Part shown: in pieces, positions 23,571-35,280 of the stretch
How positions within the stretch are numbered: the stretch's first letter is position 1
How the letters are laid out: each line of letters starts with the position of its first letter
NCBI GenBank assembly: GCA_049999805.1
Contig: JBNGIO010006095.1
Coordinates: forward strand, 70,393-131,302
DNA length: 60,910 nucleotides
Direction: 5' to 3'
Origin: Folioceros fuciformis
Lineage: Eukaryota
The notes under the pieces: model-generated
The model's input: the letters and a program-made list of their open reading frames with translations, nothing else
The model's database searches: none
Told to the model about the DNA's origin: nothing
Translations under genes and position numbers: made by a program

Positions 23571-26464
23571 ATGGCGTTCGAAGTCACGCAGATCCTCCTC
23601 AACGCGCAGTCGGCTGATGGCACGGTCCGCAGGCTCGCAGAGGAGAGTCTGAAGCAGTTTCAGGAGCAGAATCATGCGGCTTGGCTGGTCTCACTGGCCT
23701 CGGAGCTAGCCAACGTGGAGAAACCCGTGGATAGCCGGAGACTCGCGGGCCTCATCCTCAAGAACTCTCTGGATGCTAAGGAGGCCACACGCAAGGCAGA
23801 ACATGTGCAGCAATGGGTCGCGTTGGATCCGAGTGCCAAGCTCACAGTCAAGGAGTGTCTTGTGCGCACCTTATCTGCCGTGGCGGAGGAGGCGCGGCAT
23901 ACGGCAGCGCAGGTGATTGCAAAAATCGCCACCATCGAGCTTCCTCGTGGAGAATGGCCCGAGTTGGTGGGCTTGCTGCTGAGCAACATGGGGAGGCCGC
24001 ATAACGAGCAGCCGCCACATCTGAAGCAGGCCACTCTGGAAACCCTAGGCTACGTGTGCGAGGAAATCTCGGCGGACGTGCTTGCGCAGGAGCAGGTGAA
24101 CTCGATCTTGACTGCGGTGGTGCAGGGCATGGTCTCGACGGAAAAGAGCAGTGACGTGCGGCTGGCAGCTACTAAGGCGCTATTGAATGCTCTTGAGTTT
24201 GCTCAGACTAATTTTGACAATGCGCTGGAGAGGAGCTACATCATGCGTGTTGTGTGTGAGGCTGCCACCTTGTCTCCGGATGTTAGGGTGAGGCATGCTG
24301 CCTTTGAGTGTTTGGTCTCCATATCGGCCATCTACTATGACAAGCTGTCGCAGTACATCCAAGACATCTTCACCATCACCTCCAAGGCTGTTCGGGAGGA
24401 TGATGAGCTCGTAGCCTTGCAAGCCATTGAGTTTTGGAGCTCCATCTGCGACGAGGAAATTGAAATCCAGGAGGAGGTAGCTAGGAGTTGTTCGGCTGAT
24501 TCAGAAGTGCCCTTTTTCGCCTTTATCAAACAGGCATTGCCAGTGCTGGTGCCTCTGCTGCTGGAGACGCTGCTCAAGCAAGACGAGGACCAAAATCAAG
24601 ACGATGGAGCGTGGAACTTGTCCATGGCCGGGGGCACCTGTTTGGGGCTTGTGGCTAGAACAGTGGGGGATGATATTGTGCCCCTTGTTATGCCTTTTGT
24701 TGAGGAGAATGTGTCCAAGCCTGATTGGAGATGCAGGGAAGCTGCAACTTATGCATTTGGATCTATTCTAGAGGGTCCTTCTTTGGACAAACTGACATTG
24801 TTGGTGAATGCTGCCTTGGAGTTCATGTTGAACGCCATGAAGGACGAGAATAATCATGTCAAGGACACCACTGCTTGGACTCTCGGTAGGATATTTGAGT
24901 TTGTCCACTCACCGACACTGCATACGCCTGTCATCACCCAAACAAACCTAGCTGGTATTCTGAATGTGCTTCTAGAGAGTATTAAGGACACTGCAAATGT
25001 CGCCGAGAAGGTTTGTGGGGCTATCTACTTTCTGGCGCAAGGATATGAGGAGGCTGGTGGTGCGTCGTCTCCACTTTCTCCGTTCTTTCAGGGTATTGTG
25101 CATCAACTCCTTGCCACCACAGACAGGGAGGATGCTGGTGATTCACGACTTCGGGCATCCGCATACGAAACGCTGAATGAGGTTGTGCGCTGCTCAACGG
25201 AAGATACAGCGCCTGTTGTGTTGCAGCTTGTGCCGATCATAATGCAGAAGCTGAATTATACACTGGAGATGCAAATCCTGTCTCCAGATGATAGGGAGAG
25301 GCAAAACGAGCTCCAAGCTCTCCTGTGTGGTGTCTTGCAGGTCATCATACAGAAGCTCGGGGCTTTTGAGTCCACAAAGTATGGAATAATCCAGCATGCG
25401 GACCAGCTCATGGGCCTTTTCCTGAGGGTGTTTGCTTGCAGAAGTGCTACTGTCCATGAAGAAGCCATGCTGGCAATTGGGGCTCTAGCGTATGCAACTG
25501 TTGTTGAGTTTGGGAAGTATATGTCAGAGTTTTACCGATACTTGGAAATGGGGCTTCAGAATTTCGAAGAATATCAGGTATTTGGGGTCTGCCTTCTTTT
25601 CCCTTTTCCTGTTTATCGTCTGTGTGGTGTGTCAGATCTCCCACTGGTTTTTTAGGATCGGAATGTTGTTTTGCCTTGTGTCTGAGAACTTGTGGAACAA
25701 CTTAAAGGGCAGGGTTTCTGAACGGACGAGTGTTTTCAGGTTTGTGCTGTGACAGTGGGTGTTGTGGGAGATATCTGCCGGGCACTCGATGATAAGATCT
25801 TGCCTTACTGCGATGGCATCATGACACAGCTTCTGAAAGATCTTTCGAGCAGCCAGCTGCACAGGAGTGTGAAGCCGCCAATTTTTTCATGCTTCGGTGA
25901 CATAGCGCTTGCCATTGGAGAGCATTTCGACAAATACCTACCATATGCCATGCCCATGCTTCAGGGTGCGGCCGAGTTGTCGGCCCAGCCAGCGATTAGA
26001 GATGATGAAATGCTCGAGTACAATAACCAGTTGCGGAGCGGAATATTGGAGGCCTACTCGGGCATCTTTCAAGGGTTCAAGAACTCAAAGTCTGATCTTA
26101 TGCTTCCGTACTCAGCTCACATCTTGCAGTTTATCGAAAATGTCTATCAGGATAAGGACAGGTACTGAACTTCAATGCCCAATTGCTTTTGCATTTTCTT
26201 GTGACAGCAGTATGCTTCCTTGCAATTTAACATGACTGGAGGGTTTCCCCGTCTGTCAAACACAGGGATGACGTGGTCACAAAGGCAGCTATTGGGGTGT
26301 TAGGAGATATGGCTGACACGCTGGGTCAGCAGGCCGGTACCTTGTTGCAGCGGTCAGTGTTTTACAAGGACTTCCTCGATGAGTGCACTTCATCTGATGA
26401 CCAACAACTGAAGGAAACCGCAGAATGGGCACAGTCCACAATCAATCGCATTCTTAACCCTTGA
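23571..26464 (+). CDS. KPNB1: Importin subunit beta-1; exons 23571-25577, 25740-26161, 26266-26464
   Basis: MAFEVTQILLNAQSAD, IEFWSSICDEEIE, DWRCREAATYAFGSILEGP, VHEEAMLAIGALA, LHRSVKPPIFSCFGDIALAIG. Two GT-AG introns keep the frame. Confidence 0.97.
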
Positions 26465-27570
26465 AGCTCTTCTTCCATATTTTTTTCTTGTATTGAAGTG
26501 TTGTCTATTCTGATATATAATTTTGTAACAATGATATGTTGCAAACATGGAGGCTCTCTTGCGTTTTATTTATGCCTTAGATGCCTCCTGGAGAAGCTAA
26601 GGTGATAGAACCAAGTTTTGAACTGTGCACGCCTGAGTGCAGGTAGACGATTATTAGAGGTCCAAGTCCTTTTTGTCCGGTCCGCGTCGATAGGGAAAGA
26701 GGTTCCTTGAGGTTTCATGTTGGGTTAACGAGATCAAATCTAACTCTTGTGCTTCTAAGACGACCCAACTGGTCAAATATCGTCCACGAGTGAGGGTCAA
26801 GCAGAGTCGTATGCAATCGTTCTCTCGGAATTGTTGCCCCATATTTTGCCCGTGCTTGACACACACACCTCGTTGGTTTACCAGCTGGTATTCTAGTAAC
26901 TGACGCGCCCATTTCTGGACGGGACGTCTAACAAAATCATGTCTTATGAGCCCTGGATAAATAATATTTAAATAAAGGATCTGGGGTTTAAAATCATCAA
27001 ACACCATCGCGATGCTGTGCTTGTCATTTTCGTCAACATATCACTTGGCCTTGGGTTACCTAGCTAATGCCCCAATATTTGCAATAACAAATATGTCCGA
27101 TTTTGCTTTTGTCCTGACTATGAGCAGCCCGAGTCTGGATGTTACAAGACACGGGATGCTGAAGATGATGGATGTCGTGCTGAAGATGATCCCTGTCTTG
27201 GGTGAAAGACGACTTGCAGTAAATCTGCATCAGCAGCGCCCTGATTGCTGAACAATTTTAGATGTGGTCGCAGCTGCGTGATGCGGAATTGGAAGCAGGC
27301 GAATCCCAGGGTGGAGAAAGGGAATGCCCAGTCCAGAAGCCGCCAGTTGGGGTTGCCCGCAACTGGACCTGGACCCTGGAGCTGGGGTTGGAGTTGGAGC
27401 TTGACAGGGAGGGACGGGTATGGACGGGGTCATCAGGGATGCGTGGCACAGGGGAGCTGGCTCCCGGGCACAAGCTTCGTAACTCCACGTATTGCGTCTC
27501 ATGGCTGCCCGGCATCCTGGTCTCACTCACAGGGTCACCCTGGCTCCAAACTTAGGGCAAGTCCCAGGAG

Positions 27571-29850
27571 GTGATGTGGATGCACAAGCTGTACAAGCCT
27601 GCTTGGCAGCTGGCTGCTCTGGATATTCAGCACATGAGTCGCGGCGGCCCTGCGGCCCAGTGGAGCGTGCCATGGAGGTCTGCAGGGCTTGGAAGGGAAA
27701 GGACGGTGAGTGTCACGGCTGACACCGTCATCAAGCTGTGCGAGCACGGACAGCTCATTCAGGCCGTGGAGGCTGTGGGGATTCTGGTGCAGACTCTGTC
27801 TCATATTTCTCAAGCCCTCTTCTATGGTGTGTTGAAGACGTGTGTAGTTCACAAGAATCTTGTTCTGGGCCGCCGTGTGCACGCTCTCACTGTAAGGCAG
27901 CCTGGGTATGTGTCGGGTACGTTCTTGTGCAATCACATCCTGCGGATGTATGCTGCTCATGGCAAGTTGCCAGAAGCCATGCAAGTGTTCACAGATGTGG
28001 TCGAACCAGATGCGTTCACTTGGTCTGCCATTATCTCGGCTCATGTTCAACTCGGACAAGATGAGCAGGCCATACAGCTGTACAATCGTATGCGCATGTC
28101 AAGCGTGAAGCCAGACAACCATGTGTTCTTGGCAGCACTTCAAGCTTGTGCGAAAAAGGCGGATTTGAAGATTGGGCAGCAGGTGCACGCTGATGTGTTG
28201 GCCGCTGGGGTCGAGCCTGATTCGTTTGTGTGTAATTGCTTGGTGGATATGTATGCCAAGTGTGGCAGCTTGGAGGATGCTCGGAAAGTATTCGACGGGC
28301 TTGGGAAAAGAGACGTGGTGACTTGGACTGCTCTAATTTCAGGATATTCCCAGCAGGGCATGGGTCAGGATGCCCTTCGTGTCTATCGTGCTATGCAGGA
28401 AGAAGGCATGGCTGTTCCTGATTATGTGACGTTTCTGGCTCTTCTGCAGGCATGTGCAACGGTGGGTGCCCTGGCTTTCGAGGAAGGCAAAGAGTTGCAT
28501 GTTCAGATAGGAAGGCAAGGACTTAAGGTTGATGTTGTTTTAGGTTGCAGCCTGGTAAGCATGTATGCGAAGTGCGGCAGCTTAGAGGACGCTCAGGCTG
28601 TGTTCAACAGCCTGGGTCACAAAGATGTGGCTGTATGGACAGCTCTGATGGCAGGATATGCAGATCGGGGCATGGGTCAAGAAGCCCTTCGGCTTCACGG
28701 TGATATGCAAGAAGAGGGCATCGCTGCACCCACTTCAGCGATGTTTGTGTGCCTCCTACAGGCCTGTGCAAGTGTGGGTAGCCTTGCATTGGAAAAGGGA
28801 AGGCAGCTTCATTTACAGATAAGAGAACAAGGACTTGAGCTGGATGTAGTTGTGGGATGCAGCGTGGTGAACATGTATGCCAAGTGTGGCAGCTTGGAAG
28901 ATGCTCAACGAGTCTTCGATGTGCTGGGTCAAAAGGATGTGGTGACGTGGACAGCTCTAATAGCAGGGTATTCCCAGCAAGGCATGGGGCAGGAAGCACT
29001 TCGTCTCTATGGGGCTATGCAAAACGAAGGCATGGTTGCACCCGATTCTGTCACATTTGTGTGCCTCCTGCACGCATGTGCAAATGTTGCAGCTCTGCAT
29101 CTTGGCAGGCAGATACATGCGCAGATTGTCGAACAAGGGCTTCACGCCGATAAAACTGTAGGCAATAGTCTTGTAAATATGTATGCTAAGTCTGGGAGCA
29201 TGGTGGATGCACAGTGTGTGTTCGAGGAGTTGCCTGAAAGAGACGACGTAGCCTGGAATGCACTGATCGCAGGCTACACTCGACAAGGAGACAGTGAATT
29301 GGTCTTCGACTTGCTTCAGAGAATGAGAGAAGATGGCATACACCCAGCCGGCGTTACGTTCCTTAATCTGCTAGCGGTATGCAGTCATACTGGTCTTGTG
29401 AACAAGGGCCGAGAGTACTTTAAGGCTATGAGCAGACAATACGGCGTCACTCCCACTGCCGACCACTACACATGCATGGTGGATCTCCTGGGTCGTGCCG
29501 GACACCTGGATGAAGCAGTAGCTTTGGTGAGGAAGATGCCTGTACTGCCTGATGCTGCAGTTTGGCGCACTCTTTTGGGTGCTTGTCAGAAGTGGAGCAA
29601 CGTGGAGGTTGGACGCCATGCTTTTGATGAAGTAATGAAGCTTGATAGAACAGACTCTGCGGCATACGTGTTGATGGCGAATATATACATAGGTGAGGGC
29701 ATGTTGGAGCAGGCAAAGGAGGTGCAGGCGAGGAGGACAGGAAGTGGGGCTTGGAAGCAGCCAGGCCAGAGTTGGTGGACAGATCTGGAGGGACAGGTGC
29801 ACAGTTTTCTGGTGGGGGATCCACTGCATATGGTGAGTGGAGTCAGATAA
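27571..29850 (+). CDS. PLS-class pentatricopeptide repeat protein with E1-E2-E+ (truncated WW-type DYW); candidate organellar RNA-editing specificity factor
   Basis: About 17 L/S/P motifs (MYAKCGSLEDA, DVVTWTALISGY), then P2-L2-S2 (HYTCMVDLLGRAG), E1/E2, then WKQPGQSWWTDLEGQVHSFLVGD and a stop. No HxE/CxxC deaminase motif. True ATG uncertain (27583 or 27634). Confidence 0.93.
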   Translation: MMWMHKLYKPAWQLAALDIQHMSRGGPAAQWSVPWRSAGLGRERTVSVTADTVIKLCEHGQLIQAVEAVGILVQTLSHISQALFYGVLKTCVVHKNLVLGRRVHALTVRQPGYVSGTFLCNHILRMYAAHGKLPEAMQVFTDVVEPDAFTWSAIISAHVQLGQDEQAIQLYNRMRMSSVKPDNHVFLAALQACAKKADLKIGQQVHADVLAAGVEPDSFVCNCLVDMYAKCGSLEDARKVFDGLGKRDVVTWTALISGYSQQGMGQDALRVYRAMQEEGMAVPDYVTFLALLQACATVGALAFEEGKELHVQIGRQGLKVDVVLGCSLVSMYAKCGSLEDAQAVFNSLGHKDVAVWTALMAGYADRGMGQEALRLHGDMQEEGIAAPTSAMFVCLLQACASVGSLALEKGRQLHLQIREQGLELDVVVGCSVVNMYAKCGSLEDAQRVFDVLGQKDVVTWTALIAGYSQQGMGQEALRLYGAMQNEGMVAPDSVTFVCLLHACANVAALHLGRQIHAQIVEQGLHADKTVGNSLVNMYAKSGSMVDAQCVFEELPERDDVAWNALIAGYTRQGDSELVFDLLQRMREDGIHPAGVTFLNLLAVCSHTGLVNKGREYFKAMSRQYGVTPTADHYTCMVDLLGRAGHLDEAVALVRKMPVLPDAAVWRTLLGACQKWSNVEVGRHAFDEVMKLDRTDSAAYVLMANIYIGEGMLEQAKEVQARRTGSGAWKQPGQSWWTDLEGQVHSFLVGDPLHMVSGVR

Positions 29851-31442
29851 TGCGAGGCTGGAATGGAACAGTTGAAGATCACCCTGATGGTCTATTTATC
29901 TGGCATTAATAAGTAAGATTGTCATACTTCTCAAACACTTAAAACTTCCTTTCGAACTTGTCGAACTTCTCTTTCTTTTTCAATTTCATGTAAGCCTTCT
30001 AACTTCATGGGTTGTTTGACATACGCATCCATGGCACAGGACATGTTGGTTTTGGAGACCGGCTTAGGTCAATTCCACCATATCTAGATAAGCACCGCAC
30101 TGAGGCACCGACACCAAGTTTGTTGGCAACACCGATAGGAACGAACTCCACGTCCAGGTCTCCATACTAACTCCTTATCGTTTCGACTGTATTTTTAAAA
30201 TATAATAATGATACCCATAACGCACCCGAGGATCACTTTTAGTTTTTTTCTTCTTTAATGTCGAAGGAGCTGAAATGGGTGAAGTACTGACAATGATATA
30301 ATATTTTATATGACATGTGCAGAATAAAAAAAACTAAAGGGAAGGTGCGAGAGTGGAGTTCGGAGAAGCGGGGTCGAACACCGGGATCTTGGGCGACACG
30401 CGTGGAGCTGGGAAGCCGGCATGGAAGTTGGAAGCGGTTGAGATTGTACCTGCAGAGGAAAAGGGGGTGTGACAATGGGACCCCACCATCGCCCGTCATC
30501 CGCCGCCCGTCCCGGGGCCTCTCCGCTTGTGAACGAACAGTTTTCTCTTTTCTTTTTACAAACAGGGCTGCATTATAGGAGGTGAGGGGTGTGTGGGCCA
30601 GACGCCCGCCTTTGCCAGGCTTCTTTTTTCCCTCTCCCTTCACGGCGGATGCCGCGCTCGAGGCATTAGGTGTGTTGCGGACAAGTACCTACGACAGCAC
30701 AAGGGTTTTTAGAAACTGGCCTCTACGTCGTCCACATTGTGGACCGAGAGGACATGAATTTTTAAGCTGTTTTGAAGCAATGAGCGTGCGTTGTCGTGGG
30801 GGCGCACCGACATGCCCGCTCTGTTTACTGTGCCCATTTTCTTCTGCTTTTCGCGCACCGTGTGCCCGCAGTCAGGCTTTTTCGCTCACCACAAGGCCCG
30901 AGGGGCCAGGGCTCGGAGGCCTCGGGCTCGGCGTCGTCGTCTCCCTGCACCTTGACCGGGCCCAGACCCCGCAGGCCAGACAAAGGCGTAAACGGTAAAC
31001 GGCTTGCAGCTTGCCGCCACAGATTCTCGGGCCGCAGGCCAATACAACGCCGATGCCGACTTCTATTTGCGCTTTCAATGTTTCTACACCTCTAAGTTTA
31101 GCTTCGCGCGCGGAATGACAGCATTTCACCTCCTCCGGATCTGCTCAAATCACACAAACTTGCGTTTACCGAGCTTCCTGGCCGGTATAAAACTTGCATC
31201 CTGCTGTCTTGAGCTTTCATCCGTCCTGTTTGAGGAATCCTGCACTGCTTAATACCACTGCTGCACTCTGCGCCCGCTCTGCCGATTTTCTGCCCTTCCT
31301 TGGATCTGCTCAGAGCCAGAGCGGTGCAGTGCATTACAGGCTGCCAGGGACCTTGTCGAAGGTGTTGGAGCTTGAAGTTCCTCACCTTCTCGGTCTTTGC
31401 CTGCTTTGCTTTGCTTTTCTGCGGCGTCTTCGATCGGCAGCC

Positions 31443-32711
31443 ATGCAGCTTCTTCTGGTGCTGGTTGTCGCAATAATCTGTGGATTTGCGGCGTTGGGAG
31501 AGGGATTGAGTGTTAATCTTCCCGTGGGATTTAGATCGGGCTGGAAGCCTGCTACAGCAACCTGGTATGGAGCGCCGGACGGGGCTGGCACTGACGGTAG
31601 GTGGATCATGCCCTTGCTATTTCCGCCTGACATTGTACGAGATTCAATGGCTTGTGCGTCCACCTTTTTGGCGGAGTGATCGTCCTTGATGCCGAGAGTG
31701 GAGCTTCAGCTTAGGAGTTGTAGTGTCTGCTGTTTCGCTTGTGTAGGCGGAGCCTGTGGTTATGGTAACCTCATCGGGACACCGTACGGGAAAAGAGTGT
31801 CTGCGGGGAGTCCAGTTTTGTTCAAGGGAGGTCTCGGATGTGGCGCCTGCTACAAGGCAAGTGTGCTTGAAAGAAACAATTTTCAGGAATGAATGTCGTG
31901 TCGTGGAGATCTTGCGTGGAAATTTTCGTCTTTGTGTAATGTTCACATTTGCTCATAGTCTGCATTGAACTTTGTGCTGATGCAGGTGAAATGCTTGATT
32001 CCCAAGCTTTGCGCAAGGAAGGCCGTCAGGGTGGTTATCACCGATGAATGCCCCGGAGGGTATTGCAGTGGTTTGAACACGCACTTTGACCTCAGCGGGA
32101 CAGCCTTTTCCGGCATGGCCAATCCTGGATTGGGCTCTTCACTGCTTAATTTGGGACTTCTGCCTATGCTATACAAAAGGTACGGATCCCGAATGTGTGT
32201 CAACCGCCCCGCAGCTCGTCGCCTTCTTCTCTTCCTTTCTCAATTTCCAGGTCTACGGCGACGCTCATCTGTGTAGCACATGCAGAGTGCCTTGTGTGTA
32301 TCGAAGGCCTATGAAGATCGAAGTTGCCGCTGGCTCCTCACCGTTCTGGTTTTCAGTGTTGATTAAGTTTGTTCGAGGCTCGGGCGAGCTAAAATCCGTG
32401 GAGCTCCAGCAGGTACTGGAGCGCCTTGAATGTCATAGCGCCGTTTAATGCATGTATCATGACTTCCGTATGATCTAACTCTCTCGTCTGTTTACGTTGA
32501 CGTGTTTCAGGGGGGGACAAATTTCTGGTATTCCATGCAGCATATCTGGGGAGCGAACTGGAGTGTGAACGTTGGTTCAGGTTTAAAGGGCCCGTTTACT
32601 CTTCGTCTAACATGTGGGCTGACGGGCCAGCAACTCGTCATCCGGAATGTGATTCCTAGCAATTGGACCCCTGCTACCACTTACCCTGCGAGCGTCAACT
32701 TCCGAGTATGA
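31443..32711 (+). CDS. EXPB: Beta-expansin, 5 exons
   Basis: Signal peptide; [44 protein letters not shown]-terminal domain with WGANW and [14 protein letters not shown]. Confidence 0.93.
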
Positions 32712-33699
32712 GGACGATAAGGTGTTGCCAATGCGTCTTGTGTGGAAGATAGAACTACCGTAAGGTGGAGCCAGTGTTGCGGGTTCAGTCGAGGTGCGTA
32801 GACTTAGAGTTCGCTTGCCTGGTACCCCAGTCCTTAAGGACCCGGATTGTGAGGTTAGAAGGCAAGCCTGCTACCCGACGATGTCCTTGCAACTCAAGTG
32901 CTTTCTCAGTACCTCCGACGATGTTTGACGCATATTACCGTATCTTAATATAACCAATTGAGAAGATACGGAGTTTCTTCAAGAAATTTTTTACAGTATT
33001 TTTTATTGGAAGGACTTATATATTTCCTCTGTACTTGCTAGCGAGGATGATGACAGTAGAGTTTCTGTCGGTACCATGATTCCGTTCACACCGTCTGATC
33101 CGCAGAAGTTTTGCAGCAACGGCGTCTGTCTAGGCACAATAGAATCTGTACTGTTCTATGCGCCCCAACCTTGAAGTCAAAATATACCTATGGAATACTC
33201 TTTCTTCAAAACGTTTGCGTCGTGATATGTACACGATCCATTGCCTGAGTATAACAGGCAAGAGAGACAAGAACTGATTTTGCAAAGCTGCCCAGGTAAG
33301 CAGATTTAAAGAAAGTGCCACGGTCAGTGAACCTTGTTCCAAGGAGTTACAGCTGTTGTTGGTTCCGACCGAAGTACCTCAAGGAGCTGACCTATTAATA
33401 CATTTGATAAGAATACAGATATGTATTATGTATCTGAAAAAAATGAATATTTAATTTTGAACAAAAAACTTGAATTGTCTTAAGTGTTACACCTTTTCAA
33501 ATATTACCCAATGCCCTACTCCCAACGGGTAACATTTAGGGATGTAAGTTCAGCGGTGATGTGGTGGAGCCCATGACCTTCCTTGAACAGACGGAGGTTG
33601 ACGCTGGAGACAAGGCAACCCAAGGATGTTTGAGAGGATTCCAACTTGCAGACCTTCTTACAAACTACATAGATGAATCCTTTCGTGGACACAACTAAG

Positions 33700-34440
33700 C
33701 AAGATTGAGTTCAGTAGCGAGCAACCCTCTACTACTGGTGGGAGGGTTATCTCCTATGAAAGGAACCAAGTGGACTGGAGCACTTTGTCCCACCGCCAGA
33801 ACCCTTCACTACTGGTGCGAAGGTCATCTCCTATGAAAGGAACCAAATGGACAGGAGCTCTTTGTCCCACAGCCAGTTGATGGGGGCAACTGAATCAACA
33901 AGTGCATTATGACATGGGGGCAGTTTGGAGTCACACGCACCTAGAACCTGTTGGTGCCCATGGCATTGCATGCAGGCCCAGGTGAAGTAACAATTGGAGT
34001 GCGATAGGGTGCAGACATTTTCACGGTCCAGCACCCACAACTCCACCCATGGCCAATCATGGGGTTATTTTTCAGATGGTCATGTGATATGACAGCGGAT
34101 TCAGACGGTAGTTTGTTTTGATAGGGGAGCTACCCAAGACGCTTTCTTGTGGGAATGTGTACATCCTGGTTATGATGGAACACCTCTGCGAGTAGGTTGA
34201 GATCGTCGTGCTACCAAACAATTCATAGAGCGTAGTTAAGACTTCCACCCTGCTGCATGTCTTGAACAGATTTGGAGTAGGCACGTCTTGAACAGATTTG
34301 ATGCAGGCCATGCCAATGCATCGCTCAGCACGGAGACTAGTTGAGGTATGCTCACACACACCGACTGGTAGCTTCCAGTCAAAGTTGAAGAAATTTGAGA
34401 TCATGACAAACTGGTCTGATTGTTGTGCTGCAGGTTGCCA
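33700..34440 (+). mobile_element. Heavily decayed Ty3/gypsy integrase fragment with an internal ~77-bp duplication (33723-33876)
   Basis: Frame-broken peptides GQFGVTRT*NLL, ECDRVQTF, HPQLHPWPIMGLFFRWSCD, GELPKT..GNVYILVMMEHL and HVLNRFG follow the integrase zinc finger/core order. Confidence 0.65.
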
Positions 34441-34613
34441 CACCGGACAACACAGCGGGTTCCCACACTACTTTTTTGCTTTCTGCCAATACTCGTTACC
34501 CCAGACCCATGGCCAACGGGTGCAACCTCCGAGCCCGTCACGAGCACTAACTGGATTTTCATGCCTTTTCCTCCTGAACCCTGAACACTTTCTCTCTTAG
34601 TCCAACAAGGTAC

Positions 34614-35170
34614 CTACTGTTGGCCCTTAAAGGAATCCTGCCTCTCATCCCCAACCAAACTGCTATGCACCAGATCCTCTTTGTTCGTCCACCAGGTCTG
34701 ACCTGGCTGATCCCACGCTCTGATCGTTTTTCTCCTTGCCTGTATCGCCTCAGCGTGATTCCACATCTGGACCGCTGTGTATATGTTGGACATCAACACA
34801 TATGTTGCAGCATCTTTCACCTCTAGCTTCACTGATTCGTTGATAGCAAAAGGGCTCACCACGACATTGCCCCAATTTGGACAAGCACCCAAGAGAGTGT
34901 GCCAAACTGTGGCAGAGGGCGTTACAGGCATGGATCTCACCAAAGCTAGTGCCTCATCCAGCTGACCTGCACGGCGTAGGACATCCACTGTGCATACTTA
35001 GTGGTCTGCCGTTGAAGTGAAGCCACAAGTCTCTACTCATGGCCTCAAATACCCCCCACGCCCTCATCACTAGACTAGCATGACTGTACACCGTCAGTAC
35101 CATAAGGAAAGTGATCCCAGTTGGGTGTAAGCAATCCACAGTCATTCTGTGGACCAAGTCCAACACCACT
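34614..35170 (-). pseudogene. PPR gene fragment (P2-L2-S2-E1-E2-E+, WW type), frameshifted and 5'-truncated
   Basis: LHPTGITFLMVLTVYSHASLV / DVLRRAGQLDEALALV..VWHTLLGAC..YVLMSNIY..WDQPGQTWWTNKEDLVHSSLVGD, split over two frames. Collinear with the C-terminus of the PPR at 27571-29850. Confidence 0.88.
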
Positions 35171-35280
35171 TCACTCTCTCAATTTTGCGACAGCGAGGTG
35201 TTTGAAATCCAGCAAGCGCTGACTTTCTGCATAGATGGAGGTGAAAGTTCACCCTGGTCACAACTGTCATGATCTGGGTC

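Noticed and set aside
29700-29850. PPR as a U-to-C editing enzyme
   Set aside because: The box is the WW type, not KP, and the catalytic deaminase domain is absent.
33723-33876. Duplicated segment resembling a hAT dimerisation motif
   Set aside because: Context fits the region just upstream of a gypsy integrase zinc finger better.
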